Positions 9,658 through 19,975 of a stretch of 64,000 nucleotides of DNA are shown here, piece by piece. The position numbers were made by a program, and so were the translations under genes. Below the pieces are notes generated by a model. It did no database searches. It was not told the origin of the DNA and saw nothing but the letters and a program-made list of their open reading frames with translations. The stretch covers positions 320,001 through 384,000 of the forward strand of contig CAWEQH010000004.1 of assembly GCA_963811165.1 (NCBI GenBank), written 5' to 3'. Position 1 is the stretch's first letter. Every line of letters begins with the position of its first letter. This stretch comes from an uncultured Nitrospiraceae bacterium. GTDB lineage: Bacteria; Nitrospirota; Thermodesulfovibrionia; Thermodesulfovibrionales; UBA6898.

Positions 9658-10974
9658 CTATCGCCGGGTTTCCGTCTTAAGGGGGCCATTGATCGTGTCG
9701 ATGAGTCCCTGGGGTGTTGCCTCTGTCCTGACGGCCCTAAGGCCGGTGGCCTCCTCGACGTCTTTCAGGGACACGTTATCGAGAAATATGTCCTCGTCTT
9801 CTTTAAGGACGGCGTCAGGGACTAAAAGCACCTTGTAGGAGTCGGTGTTGTCATGGAGGGTCTTGATGACATCCCTTCCGGTGAGGAGTCCCGCGACGGT
9901 CACGGTCGTGCCGAAAAAGTTGTTCGCCACCTCGACGACGTCGATTCGGAGGTTCTCTTTCTCCGAGAGCCGGTCGATAAATTTTTTCAGGTATGGATAA
10001 AAGGAAGTACCGGTGAAGGTAAGGAATTTCCCCTCCTGAGATATTGTCTTCGGGACCCGCACCTTTTTCGACTGACTGAGAAACAGCGGCACCATGCCCA
10101 CGCCGTTTTCAATCTGGGGCAGTGACCCGTAGTCCTTCAGGTGGGGGAACGGGACGTCGGCCTTTATATACATCTCGTCGGAGCAGAAGACGACAGGGTC
10201 GCCATGTTTTTTTTGAAACCTCTTCTGAAAGGCAGTTACGACTTCTATCGCCCGAAGGGCATCTTCTTTGGCCACCGGGTCCATCTGCTGTTTCCGGTGC
10301 ATCGTAAGTCCGACCGGAACGACTGCTACAGAGGAGACATAAGGATAGAATTTGTACAGGTCTTTGATCGTGTTTTGCAGTTCCGTGCCGTCGTTGAGGC
10401 CCGGACATAACACGATCTGCACGTGCATCCGTATTTTCTTGCCGGAAAAGAATTTCAGCTCTTTCATGATGTCCGAGGCCCTGGGGTTACCGAGCATTTT
10501 ATTCCGGAGAGACTTGTTTGTCGTATGGACGGAAATATAAAGGGGACTCAACCGCTGATCGACGATCCTTTTACGGTCGCATGAGTCGATATTGGAGAGG
10601 GTCATATAGTTGCCGTAGAGGAAGGAAAGCCGATAGTCCTCGTCCTTTACATAGAGGGGCTTCCTCAACCCCTTCGGGAGCTGCTTTACGAAACAAAATA
10701 CACAGTTGTTCCTGCATGTCTTTACCTTGAAAGGCTTGATCGTGATCCCCGGGTCGCTCCCGTCTTCGGTCTTTATCTGCACCCTGGTTTTTATCCCGCC
10801 GCGGCTGAATTCAACGAGGAGCCTTGCGGAGCTCCTGAAGAACATGAAGTCGATTGCGTCGCGAAGAGGATGGGAATTTACCGAAAGTAGGACGTCGCCG
10901 GGCTGCAATCCCGCCTTGTCCGCCGAACTCCCGGTGATGACGCTCTCTATTTCTATTCCGCTCCTAGGGCGCAT
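9658..10974 (-). CDS. PDZ + DUF512 putative radical-SAM/Fe-S protein
   Basis: CRNNCVFCF, KDEDYRLSFLYGNY, QIENGVG. Confidence 0.9.
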   Translation of the reverse strand: MRPRSGIEIESVITGSSADKAGLQPGDVLLSVNSHPLRDAIDFMFFRSSARLLVEFSRGGIKTRVQIKTEDGSDPGITIKPFKVKTCRNNCVFCFVKQLPKGLRKPLYVKDEDYRLSFLYGNYMTLSNIDSCDRKRIVDQRLSPLYISVHTTNKSLRNKMLGNPRASDIMKELKFFSGKKIRMHVQIVLCPGLNDGTELQNTIKDLYKFYPYVSSVAVVPVGLTMHRKQQMDPVAKEDALRAIEVVTAFQKRFQKKHGDPVVFCSDEMYIKADVPFPHLKDYGSLPQIENGVGMVPLFLSQSKKVRVPKTISQEGKFLTFTGTSFYPYLKKFIDRLSEKENLRIDVVEVANNFFGTTVTVAGLLTGRDVIKTLHDNTDSYKVLLVPDAVLKEDEDIFLDNVSLKDVEEATGLRAVRTEATPQGLIDTINGPLKTETRR

Positions 10975-11503
10975 TCGTCAGCTTGAATCCTTTATAGATG
11001 TACTGGAGCCCGGACAGCGCAGTGACCGCCGCGGTCACGAGGAAGAACGGACCAGGAAGGGACGGCAGGGAGACCACGTTTATCCTTAAGAGGATGTAGG
11101 CCAGGGCGATGAGCTGCATCGCGATTGCAACCTTGCCCGTCAACACGGGCTCGATCCTGGAGTTGTGCGTTATCATATAGAGCAGAAACCAGCCGATGAC
11201 GACGATGACGTCCCGGCTTATCACCGTGATCGCAAGCCACTTGGGTATCCAGCCGTAGACGGCAAACAGGACAAACGACGAGACCAGAAGGAATTTGTCC
11301 GCCAGGGGGTCGAGGAAGGTGCCGAGTTCGGTCTTTTGGTTTGTGATACGCGCGGAGAGGCCGTCGAGCATGTCGGTCAACGCAGCGGCAACAAAGAGAT
11401 AGAGGGCGTATCCGTATTTTTGATACAGTATCGTCGCAATGAATACCGGGATGATGACTATCCTTGTTATCGTTAATGTGTTTGGTAAATTGAGTACGCG
11501 CAA
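10964..11503 (-). CDS. CDP-alcohol phosphatidyltransferase (PgsA family)
   Basis: NLPNTLTITR and DMLDGLSAR...LGTFLDPLADK; TTG start. Confidence 0.92.
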   Translation of the reverse strand: MRVLNLPNTLTITRIVIIPVFIATILYQKYGYALYLFVAAALTDMLDGLSARITNQKTELGTFLDPLADKFLLVSSFVLFAVYGWIPKWLAITVISRDVIVVIGWFLLYMITHNSRIEPVLTGKVAIAMQLIALAYILLRINVVSLPSLPGPFFLVTAAVTALSGLQYIYKGFKLTNAP

Positions 11504-11532
11504 TGATTCCCCCCCGGGACCTGTACTTTCCT

Positions 11533-12618
11533 CTACGGGATATTAAAGGGCGCCCGGTCAAATGCCAATTTCAGGCCGAGAGTATTATAGCATCCCGTTC
11601 TTATTTTTCCATCCAGATAAGACCGCAGCAATGCGGCGTGACACTGTTCGACCTTGAACCCGTAATCCGCAGCCTGTCTGACCGACTCGTCGATGTATCG
11701 TTCGGCCCTGACCTTCCTGCCTTCGAGCATCGCGACCTCTCCCATCCCGAGCATGCAATAGATGAGTCCCCTCGGGTCTTTCGTCTTCTTAAAAAGTCCC
11801 CGGGCGGTCTTGAAATAATATCTGGCCTTTTCATAGTCGCCAAGCATCTTGTGCGCGGTGCCCATGCTCCAGAGGGTATAGGAGTAGCTCACCCTGTCGC
11901 CGATTTTCGCGTAAAGCGCAGAGGCGCGGTCGAAGCTCGCCAGCGCCTTTTTGTATTCGCCGAGCATCCTGTATGCGTTCCCTGTCCCGCAATGCGAATA
12001 GGCGGTCCCGAATGTGTCCTTCAGTTCGGAAAACATCCTGTTGGCCTCGCGGTAGTATGAGAGGGACTCCAAAAAAAGGCCGGCGATACGATGCGTGCCC
12101 CCGAGACCGCAGAGGCAGTATCCCGTCGACGGTTTGAGCCTTAATTGTCTGAATATCCCGAGCGCTTCTTTATAGGTACGTATCGCCTCCGGGATATCTC
12201 CCTTTATGCGCAGGGTGCCCGCCATCGCCCATAAAGAGAAGGCAACCGCCTGCCTGTCATTTTTTTTCCTGTAAAAGGCCAGGGCCTTTTTTATCGCCGG
12301 AAACGCATTCTTCCAGTCTCCCTTTCCCCTAAGTGACAGACCTATGTTCATTCCCGCGTCCGCGACTGCTACCTTATCGCCGAGCTGTTTCCCGACAGAG
12401 ACCGCTTCGGCATAGGACTTTTCGGCGAGATCGTAGTTGCCGATCATCCTATGGACGTCGCCTATCGAAAGCCTGCAGTCAAGCACCCCCTGCAGGTCAC
12501 CCAATGATGTGTATCCCCGGAGGGCCTTTTTGAAAAAATCGAGAGACTCGGTGTAACGGCTCTTTTGTCTCAGCGACTCCGCCTTTTCAAAATGCCGTTT
12601 AATTTCCGAGCAGTCCAT
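11533..12618 (-). CDS. Tetratricopeptide repeat protein
   Basis: Repeated TPR-like helical pairs (G..Y..A..Y..AL). Confidence 0.85.
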   Translation of the reverse strand: MDCSEIKRHFEKAESLRQKSRYTESLDFFKKALRGYTSLGDLQGVLDCRLSIGDVHRMIGNYDLAEKSYAEAVSVGKQLGDKVAVADAGMNIGLSLRGKGDWKNAFPAIKKALAFYRKKNDRQAVAFSLWAMAGTLRIKGDIPEAIRTYKEALGIFRQLRLKPSTGYCLCGLGGTHRIAGLFLESLSYYREANRMFSELKDTFGTAYSHCGTGNAYRMLGEYKKALASFDRASALYAKIGDRVSYSYTLWSMGTAHKMLGDYEKARYYFKTARGLFKKTKDPRGLIYCMLGMGEVAMLEGRKVRAERYIDESVRQAADYGFKVEQCHAALLRSYLDGKIRTGCYNTLGLKLAFDRAPFNIP

Positions 12619-13255
12619 TCATTTTCTCCATGAGTGAAGCGTAATCGCCCGATTTGAAAAAGGCAGACCCCATGACGAGTATGTCCGCACCGGCCGCAGC
12701 GATCTCCTTTGCGTTACCGGGCTTCACGCCGCCGTCTACTTCGATGAGCGGCGGCGATCCCGCGCCCGAGATCTTTTTCCTGAGGAGTCTGAGCTTCTCA
12801 AGTGTATGGGGAATGAATTCCTGCCCCCCGAACCCGGGGTTGACCGACATGACAAGAACGAGATCTGTGTCCCCGAGTATATCATCGAGGGTCCAGACGG
12901 GCGTGGCAGGATTTATCGAAACCCCTGCCTTTGCCCCGCCTTCCTTTATAGCCTGCACGGTCCTGTGAAGATGGACCGTCGCCTCGCAATGGACCGTCAG
13001 GAAGTCCGCCCCGGCCGAGATGAAATCTTTCAGATACCTGTCGGGGTCCTCTATCATCAGATGCACATCCAGGGGGAGCCGCGTGACCTTACGTATCGAT
13101 TCGACGACCGGAGGGCCGATGGTGATGTTCGGGACGAAATGACCGTCCATGACATCGATATGAAGGAGGTGGGCGCCGGCATCTTCCGCGGCCCGTATCT
13201 CTTCCCCCAGCCTCGCGAAGTCGGCAGAGAGTATGGATGGAGCTATCCTGATCAT
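12599..13255 (-). CDS. rpe: Ribulose-phosphate 3-epimerase
   Basis: IAPSILSADF, HIDVMDGHFVPN, MSVNPGFGGQ, EVDGG. Confidence 0.98.
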   Translation of the reverse strand: MIRIAPSILSADFARLGEEIRAAEDAGAHLLHIDVMDGHFVPNITIGPPVVESIRKVTRLPLDVHLMIEDPDRYLKDFISAGADFLTVHCEATVHLHRTVQAIKEGGAKAGVSINPATPVWTLDDILGDTDLVLVMSVNPGFGGQEFIPHTLEKLRLLRKKISGAGSPPLIEVDGGVKPGNAKEIAAAGADILVMGSAFFKSGDYASLMEKMNGLLGN

Positions 13256-13959
13256 TGAGGATTCCCTTCTTTTATTTCGAGATAAACCCTGTCGCCGGCC
13301 TTGACGAGCGCTCCCGGCTTGGGCTTCTGAGCCCTCACAAAATCTCCCGTCCCCTTCGTCTCGATCAGAAGCCCGATCTTCTCGGCCGTTTCCTTAGCTT
13401 CTTCGAGGCTCTTGTTCTGGAAGTCCGGACAGTAATACGTTAACTCATGAGGGCCGAGGCTGACAAGCACGGTTATCGGGCCGTCCAGCCTCTCATCCGG
13501 CTCAGGGCTCTGGGCGACTATCCTGCCCTTCTCCATGGAGTCGGAGTGGACGTTTATGATCTTCCCTATCCTCAGCCCCTTCTCTGCGAGCACCCCTTCG
13601 GCGTCGCCGAGCGTCTCATTCACGAGAACCGGTATCGAGTATACCTTCGGCCCCTTGCTGATCACGACTTTGATCGCCCTTTTTTCTTTCACTTTATTGC
13701 CGGCGGGGACATCCTGCCTGAGAATCTTTCCGGTACCGACCGCCGGGTCGTAGTCCTCGCCTTCTATTTTAAGGTAAAGGCCCGCTTTACTGAGCGCCTC
13801 ATTTGCTTCAACGAGCGACATGTTCGCCAGCGAAGGGACCTCTACGGTCCTGCTGAAACTCAGTGCCTTGAACGTAATGTACCCGAAGGTCAGCCCCAGC
13901 AGCACGAAGACCGCAAAGAAAAGGGGGACCTTAATGAAGTTGTTTATTTTTTTCTGCAA
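13252..13959 (-). CDS. PASTA-domain membrane protein
   Basis: N-terminal TM followed by about three PASTA-like repeats (VP.L..., QSP...). Confidence 0.85.
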   Translation of the reverse strand: MQKKINNFIKVPLFFAVFVLLGLTFGYITFKALSFSRTVEVPSLANMSLVEANEALSKAGLYLKIEGEDYDPAVGTGKILRQDVPAGNKVKEKRAIKVVISKGPKVYSIPVLVNETLGDAEGVLAEKGLRIGKIINVHSDSMEKGRIVAQSPEPDERLDGPITVLVSLGPHELTYYCPDFQNKSLEEAKETAEKIGLLIETKGTGDFVRAQKPKPGALVKAGDRVYLEIKEGNPQ

Positions 13960-15257
13960 AGCGCCACCCCGAAGAAACCGTCCATGTTGTGCAGGTGCGG
14001 ATACGTTTTTAAGAAACCTCCATGTAGAAAACTTTTCAAAAATAATGCCTCGGCATCTATAATACGGAATTCCCTCGAGGTCTTCAAGAATTCATTGACG
14101 ACCTGCTCCCCCTCCTCCGGTTCCATGGAGCATACCGAATAGACCAGTCTGCCCCCTTCTTTCAAAAGCTGTGACGCCGCATGAAGGAGGTGTATCTGTT
14201 TTGTCCTGTATTCGTCGAGGTCCTTTGCCTTGCGCCGGTATTTTATGTCCGGGTTCCTTCTTATGACCCCCGTGGCAGAGCAGGGCGCATCAAGGAGTAT
14301 CCTGTCGAAAGGTCCTGCCCCGCGGAGTTCGGCGGCGTCCTGATTTACTATTATTACCGACCGTATCCCAAGGGCACCGATATTGTCGCGGAGCAGGGGT
14401 ATCCTTTTGCCGTCCTTCTCAACCGCCGTGATTTCCCCGGAGTCCTGCATCAGCTGCGACAGGTGAGTGGTCTTGCCGCCCGGCGCGGCACAGGCGTCCA
14501 ATACCTTCTCGTTAGGCTTCGGGTCGAGCAGATGTGAAACCAGCTGCGACGCCTCGTCCTGGACAGCAAAGAGGCCGTGGGCAAAGGCCAGTTCTGTGTG
14601 GCTGCGGAGGCGCTTGAGGGTAATGCCCTCAGGAGAAAATTCGGTCGGCTCCGACTCGACCCCCCGTTCGGCAAGGAGGCCGAGGAGGTCCTGCCGTGTG
14701 GTCCTCAGGGTATTGACCCTTATCGTCATCGGAGGGACCCTGTTGTTGGCCTCGGCGAGCCCTAGCGCCCCGTCCGCCCCGAACCTCTGTATCCATCTTT
14801 TGACAAGCCATCGAGGGTGGGAAGTGTTTACCGCTATGTCCGATAGCGGGTCTCCAAGCGTCAGGGGCGGCGTGAAACGCTCTTTCTGTCTCAGTACGCT
14901 TCTTAACACCGCGTTTACCAAAGACGGTTTACCGTGCCCGGAAGCGGATTTTTCCATCTCGACCGATTCACTGACGACCGCCCAGTCCGGGACCCTCATG
15001 AAATATAACTGATAGAGTGACGCCCTGAGGTTGTTGAGCGTGAACTCTCCCGCCTTGGCCGGGTTTTTCAGAAAATGACCCAATATCCAGTCGAGGGTGT
15101 CCCTGTACCTGAGCACCCCGTAGACGATCTCCATCAAAAACGACCTGTCCCGTTTGTCGAGATGCTGAGAGAATGAGTCGACGGCATGTTTCGGTCTGGC
15201 GTCTCTTGAGAGAATTTCGATGAGGGCCCTCACGGCCGATGAGCGGGTATCTGACAC
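13944..15257 (-). CDS. rsmB: 16S rRNA m5C967 methyltransferase
   Basis: NusB-like N-terminus, VQDEASQL, DACAAPGGKT, DAPCSATG, YSVCS. Confidence 0.95.
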   Translation of the reverse strand: MSDTRSSAVRALIEILSRDARPKHAVDSFSQHLDKRDRSFLMEIVYGVLRYRDTLDWILGHFLKNPAKAGEFTLNNLRASLYQLYFMRVPDWAVVSESVEMEKSASGHGKPSLVNAVLRSVLRQKERFTPPLTLGDPLSDIAVNTSHPRWLVKRWIQRFGADGALGLAEANNRVPPMTIRVNTLRTTRQDLLGLLAERGVESEPTEFSPEGITLKRLRSHTELAFAHGLFAVQDEASQLVSHLLDPKPNEKVLDACAAPGGKTTHLSQLMQDSGEITAVEKDGKRIPLLRDNIGALGIRSVIIVNQDAAELRGAGPFDRILLDAPCSATGVIRRNPDIKYRRKAKDLDEYRTKQIHLLHAASQLLKEGGRLVYSVCSMEPEEGEQVVNEFLKTSREFRIIDAEALFLKSFLHGGFLKTYPHLHNMDGFFGVALCRKK

Positions 15258-15266
15258 GAAGGATTA

Positions 15267-16388
15267 CTAAGACTCCTCTTTGACGACGGAGGTTATCTTC
15301 AGCCTCCCGTCTTCTATGGCGAAATCGGCGCGGAGGCGTTGCGTAATTTTTTTGATCGAGGTGCTCTTCCTGGGGCTGAAGTCCACCTCCCATATGACGG
15401 TCGCGCTTGCATGGCCAGGGCCCGTCAGGAGATCTTCGACTCTGTAGGAGAGCGACTTATAATCGACCTTTTCCCATTGCTCGGCGATATTTTCCTTTTT
15501 TTCCTTTGATGCGAGATAGCCGCGTGAGTATCTCGATTTCCAGAGGGCAAGGTCTTTCTTGAGGTTTGCCGTCCTGATGTCCTCTAACAGGCTGTCGATG
15601 TCTCGTTCGCTGATTAGCGCAGGGCTGCCGTCCGGTGCCTTCGACCGGGAGCCCGCCCGCAGACCCGACGGCATGTCAGGCGCATAGGGGTAAATTAATA
15701 AAACAACGATAAGTACGGTAGCGGCAACCGCCGGTACGAGGAGGATCGGCCTCGGCACATCCAGCAGCCTGAGCGCGGACGGAGACTTCTTCCCGTCAAC
15801 CACGTCTAGAATCAGTTTTTTGGTCTTCAGTTCAGAGGAGAGCATCCTGAAATAGCGGCCTCTTTCATTCATGAGGCCCAAGAGGCCGGGCCTGTCGAGT
15901 TTCCTCAGTTCCGTGTCCAGAGCCGATATGTCGTCTGCTAAGGTACGGTGCAGGGTGTCGAGCGTTATCTCCAGCTTGATTATTTTCTTCATGAGTTCGT
16001 CAATCGCGGCTTCAGCCTCTCCGATGTCGGAGACCTGACCGGGATGTCCGGGGCCTTCTTTTTCCTGTATCCCGGCGAGATACTTCTCCTTATTTGCAAG
16101 TCTCCTTTTGAGCTGGCCTATTTCCAAGAGCAGGGTGTAGACGAATTTATTTTCGATCTCCGACCGCAGGCGATCTATTTTTATATCTTCGATCTTTTCG
16201 TCGGTCACGACCGGCTGTTCATCGGGGGTACTTTTCACGTTTTCCGCCGACGGGGCCGGTCCTTCCTGTTCGGTCTCGAAAGGTTCAAGCATGGCCGAGC
16301 ACGTCTCGCAGTAGGTCTGGTCGAGGGGAAAATGCTTGCCGCATTTCGGGCACCGCATAACGATGTTCGGGGTCTCTCTCATGATCAC
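15267..16388 (-). CDS. Hypothetical protein: zinc ribbon, coiled coil, TM, NTF2-like C-terminus
   Basis: CPKCG...CETC at the N-terminus; hydrophobic segment near aa 215-235. Confidence 0.7.
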   Translation of the reverse strand: MIMRETPNIVMRCPKCGKHFPLDQTYCETCSAMLEPFETEQEGPAPSAENVKSTPDEQPVVTDEKIEDIKIDRLRSEIENKFVYTLLLEIGQLKRRLANKEKYLAGIQEKEGPGHPGQVSDIGEAEAAIDELMKKIIKLEITLDTLHRTLADDISALDTELRKLDRPGLLGLMNERGRYFRMLSSELKTKKLILDVVDGKKSPSALRLLDVPRPILLVPAVAATVLIVVLLIYPYAPDMPSGLRAGSRSKAPDGSPALISERDIDSLLEDIRTANLKKDLALWKSRYSRGYLASKEKKENIAEQWEKVDYKSLSYRVEDLLTGPGHASATVIWEVDFSPRKSTSIKKITQRLRADFAIEDGRLKITSVVKEES

Positions 16389-17107
16389 ATCGGGCTGATG
16401 TCTTCAGAGGCGGGAGAAGGCTTGCGGCCCTTGTCGTGCCTCCTGTCGCTCTTTGGTTTCTTCTCGGTCTTGGGCGGTGTCTCTATCTCAGGCTTCGTAT
16501 CCATCTTATCCATTTTGGGCGGCGTCTCAGCCGCCGGCTGCAGTGAAGGCTTGGGTGCAGGGGGCCTTTCCCGGTTAGCGATATTGGCGAGCAAGGGCGC
16601 AAACATTTTAGAGAGAAGTTCCCTTTGAGCGTTGGGATCTATCCGGTCTCCCTTATTGACAAAGTCCGCGGCCTGCCAGAAAAGCAGACGGGAATCTTTC
16701 GTAGAGATAAGCTGTACCACGATTTCGCCGCGGCCTTCCCCGGGAATGAGGACCCCGTTTAGGACCGCGTCCGTGCCCAGGGACCTTGCGAGCTCCACGA
16801 GGACGTCACGTCTGTCGTCCGGTCCCAAAGCGGAGAGGCCAGCCCTGTCGGCGGTAACCACGGAGAGCCGGGGGATTGCGAGCGTCTCCTCGGCCGACCC
16901 TCTCCAGTTGTTCCTGTCATTAAAAAAAGGCGCTACTGCCACCGAATGGACTTCTTCGATAAGACCTTTTTCCACGAGAGGCAGACTGTTTTTTTGTTCT
17001 TCGGGGGTGAATTGCGTCGATGCGCATGCATGTAACAGAAGCAGGGGCAGGACGGCGATCACCAATAAGAGTTTTCCTGGGAGGGGTAACCGTGTCATGT
17101 CAGTCAT
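16385..17107 (-). CDS. Putative lipoprotein
   Basis: Hydrophobic leader with an LHAC lipobox-like motif; Pro/Lys-rich tail. Confidence 0.7.
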   Translation of the reverse strand: MTDMTRLPLPGKLLLVIAVLPLLLLHACASTQFTPEEQKNSLPLVEKGLIEEVHSVAVAPFFNDRNNWRGSAEETLAIPRLSVVTADRAGLSALGPDDRRDVLVELARSLGTDAVLNGVLIPGEGRGEIVVQLISTKDSRLLFWQAADFVNKGDRIDPNAQRELLSKMFAPLLANIANRERPPAPKPSLQPAAETPPKMDKMDTKPEIETPPKTEKKPKSDRRHDKGRKPSPASEDISPM

Positions 17108-17218
17108 TGAAATAAAATATCATATAAAATAATGCCACTCTTTCCAAAGAAATTGCAATGCAGGCCCCGGGATCCGGCTTTGTCGACCGGGGCGCCGGAA
17201 ATGGTTTATAATAAAGAC

Positions 17219-17728
17219 ATGGCAGTACTGGAGATCAGGAAATACCCCGACAGGGTCTTGAAGCAGAAGGCGTCGCCCGTGACAACGTTCGACGGGGACC
17301 TGCAGGGACTCATAGACAACATGATCGAGACGATGTATGCCGCCCCCGGTGTCGGGCTTGCCGCCCCCCAGGTAGGGGTCTCAAAGCGGCTGGCGGTCAT
17401 CGATATAAGCACCAAGGGGACTGAAATGCCCCTGCTGGTCCTTATAAACCCTGTTTTCCTCGTGAAAGAAGGTTCCATAGAATTCGAGGAAGGATGCCTC
17501 AGTCTTCCCGACTACACCGCGAAAATTGAAAGGGCCGAAAGGGTCGTGGTCCGCACGATGGACAGAAAAGGCAAGGAGATCGAGATAGAGGCCGAGGGGC
17601 TGCTTGCGATTGCGCTTCAGCATGAGATAGACCATCTCGACGGATACCTGCTGATAGACAGGGTAAGCCCGATAAAAAGAGAATTCTTCAAGAAACGCTA
17701 CCAAAAGAAAATAAAGTCGGGGAAATAA
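17219..17728 (+). CDS. def: Peptide deformylase
   Basis: GVGLAAPQVG, EGCLS, QHEIDHLDG; likely start MAVLEIRKYP at 17219. Confidence 0.97.
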   Translation: MAVLEIRKYPDRVLKQKASPVTTFDGDLQGLIDNMIETMYAAPGVGLAAPQVGVSKRLAVIDISTKGTEMPLLVLINPVFLVKEGSIEFEEGCLSLPDYTAKIERAERVVVRTMDRKGKEIEIEAEGLLAIALQHEIDHLDGYLLIDRVSPIKREFFKKRYQKKIKSGK

Positions 17729-17830
17729 CCAAGATCTATTATCAAAAATTCATTTATGCGTCATACGCAAAGCCGATACCCGCCAGATGCCGTCCTCATC
17801 CGAAGGTGACGGCGGATCGGAGGTAAGGCC

Positions 17831-18763
17831 TTGCGGATCGTCTTTTTCGGAACCCCTGATTTTGCTGTCCCGTCTCTGAAAGCGCTTCTGGATGCCGGAC
17901 ACGAGGTTGTTGCGGCAGTCACCCAGCCTGACAGGGTAAAGGGGCGCGGCCACCATATGTCCCGGCCTCCGGTGAAAGAGCTTGCGTTACTGAACGGGAT
18001 CGAGGTTATGCAGCCCGCAGGTGTAAGGAGCGCTTCTTTTTTTGACGAGGTGTCCCTGCGTAAGCCCGAGGCGATCGCGGTCGTGGCATTTGGAAAGATC
18101 ATTCCGCCTTCGATCTTGGAGCTTCCGCCATTGGGCTGTATAAACGTCCACGCCTCGCTCCTGCCGGCATACCGGGGGGCCGCGCCGATTCAGTGGGCGA
18201 TCATAAACGGGGAGACAAGGACGGGCATCACCACGATGCGTATGGACGAGGGTCTCGATACAGGGGATATCCTCCTCCAAAATGAGACCGAGATATTTGA
18301 TGAGGACAATGCGATGACTCTAAGCAAGAAACTTTCTGAAATGGGCGCTTCTCTTCTGCCCAGGACCCTCGAAGGTCTGAAGGAAGGCTCTTTGGGGCCG
18401 AGACCTCAGGCCGGCGAGCCGAGTTTTGCACCGCCTCTTAAGAAGGACGACGGCAAAATAGACTGGTCTTTACCGGCCAAAAGGATATTCGATCTTATAC
18501 GGGGGACCTATCCGTGGCCCGGCGCTTACTGTTATCTTAAACAGCAACGGGTTGCGATCCTTAAGGCCGGGGTGCAGGACCATGAAAGGACAGGTCTGCC
18601 CGGGAGGATAGAGAATATCGGTCCGGAAGGCGTCGGGGTCTCGACAGGCAGGGGAGTTTTATCTATTATGGAAGTGAAGCCTGAAGGAAAGAATCCTATG
18701 CCTGCTGCATCATTTATGCACGGCCGGAGGGTGAAGGAGGGGGCTTTCTTCGATGTTAAATAG
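17831..18763 (+). CDS. fmt: Methionyl-tRNA formyltransferase
   Basis: FFGTPDFAV and NVHASLLPAYRGAAPIQ; TTG start after GGAGG. Confidence 0.97.
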   Translation: MRIVFFGTPDFAVPSLKALLDAGHEVVAAVTQPDRVKGRGHHMSRPPVKELALLNGIEVMQPAGVRSASFFDEVSLRKPEAIAVVAFGKIIPPSILELPPLGCINVHASLLPAYRGAAPIQWAIINGETRTGITTMRMDEGLDTGDILLQNETEIFDEDNAMTLSKKLSEMGASLLPRTLEGLKEGSLGPRPQAGEPSFAPPLKKDDGKIDWSLPAKRIFDLIRGTYPWPGAYCYLKQQRVAILKAGVQDHERTGLPGRIENIGPEGVGVSTGRGVLSIMEVKPEGKNPMPAASFMHGRRVKEGAFFDVK

Positions 18764-19277
18764 GACGCTCAGGGGACTGGTACTTAAGGTGCTTTATCCC
18801 TTTCTTATGTTTCTGGGGGCATTTTTTAAAAAACGGAAAGAGGGTTTTCAGAGGTTCGTGATCTCCCTCAATAACAGGCTCATCCGCAGACAGAAGTTCA
18901 ACACAAAAAAGATACTCCTGCTGCTCCCCCACTGCCTGCAGGTAGACAAATGCACGATCAGGCTTACCCATAACATCTATAACTGCGAGCGGTGCGGAAG
19001 GTGCGAGATAAGGGACCTGATAGGCATTGCCGAAGAGAACGGCCTTGATCTTTTTGTGGCCACGGGCGGCACTATCGCCAGGAAGATAGTGCTTGAGGCG
19101 AGGCCCGAGGCGATCGTGGCGGTGGCGTGCGAACGGGACCTTTCAAGCGGGCTTGTGGATACGTTTCCCCTTCCTGTTATGGGCATCTCCAACGAGCGGC
19201 CCTTCGGCCCATGCTTCAATACGCGCGTCGACCTCGAGAAGGTCAAAGAGGCGATCAGGTTCTTTAGCGGCAACTGA
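18753..19277 (+). CDS. DUF116 family protein
   Basis: LLLPHCLQ, CERCGRC, VATGGT, AVACERDL; typically follows fmt. Confidence 0.85.
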   Translation: MLNRTLRGLVLKVLYPFLMFLGAFFKKRKEGFQRFVISLNNRLIRRQKFNTKKILLLLPHCLQVDKCTIRLTHNIYNCERCGRCEIRDLIGIAEENGLDLFVATGGTIARKIVLEARPEAIVAVACERDLSSGLVDTFPLPVMGISNERPFGPCFNTRVDLEKVKEAIRFFSGN

Positions 19278-19287
19278 GCCGGCCCCA

Positions 19288-19515
19288 TCATTTCCTGATC
19301 GAATCTATCTTATCGAAGCAATTTTTTAACAAAATAAGCATGTCGCTTAATTGTCTCTGAATGGTATCCATCCTTTCGATTGCCTTAATCAGAAGTTCGT
19401 GCAGTTCATCCTCCGTAACAGACGTATCCACGAGCTCGAGCGTCCCCTTTACGGCCAATATATTCTCGTTAAGCTGATCTGATATCCGGTCGAGTTCATT
19501 ATTTCTTTCCGACAT
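19288..19515 (-). CDS. Small helical protein resembling a HisKA/DHp domain without the His
   Basis: ISDQLNENILAVKGTLELV; RBS AGGAG. Confidence 0.65.
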   Translation of the reverse strand: MSERNNELDRISDQLNENILAVKGTLELVDTSVTEDELHELLIKAIERMDTIQRQLSDMLILLKNCFDKIDSIRK

Positions 19516-19591
19516 AGTTTTCTCCTGTTTTATAGAGTGGTGATTACCATATTTCAGCTAAGCACATTATATCGGTTTCGAGAAGTAATAA

Positions 19592-19975
19592 CTACATCCG
19601 ATTCAATACTCGTTTTTGGATACCCGGCATGAAAGAGATAAAGGAGTACAAGCCGGTATCCACAGCGCCCTTTTTTGTAAATTTTGCAGTGTATATCTGG
19701 ACAGCGCACACGAGGAAGATCGCCGCTCCAAGGACAAACATAACTGAACCCATGACCCTGACGAACTGAAGGAACCAGTCCTGCGGCAGCACCATGTGGG
19801 GCAGATAAAAAGCGCTTAGCCATCTCGTGGCCGGATATTTTGCAGTTTCGAGCAGGACAGGATTGAAGACGGAATAGAAGAATCCGGCAAAGGGGCTTAT
19901 CATTATCAGGACTTCGAACGCAATGATAAAATAGAGTACGATCGCGCTGTTAAAGACCGCCCTGGCCTTATTCAT
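19592..19975 (-). pseudogene. 3'-truncated isoprenylcysteine-carboxyl-methyltransferase-like membrane protein
   Basis: Hydrophobic protein that ends shortly after TGLYSFI, where the family's RHPQY motif would follow. Confidence 0.6.

Noticed and set aside
17760..17825. ACGCAAAGCC plus a hairpin between def and fmt, c-di-GMP-I riboswitch-like
   Set aside because: The upstream GGCAAAC...GAAA stem is missing and the context is a housekeeping operon.
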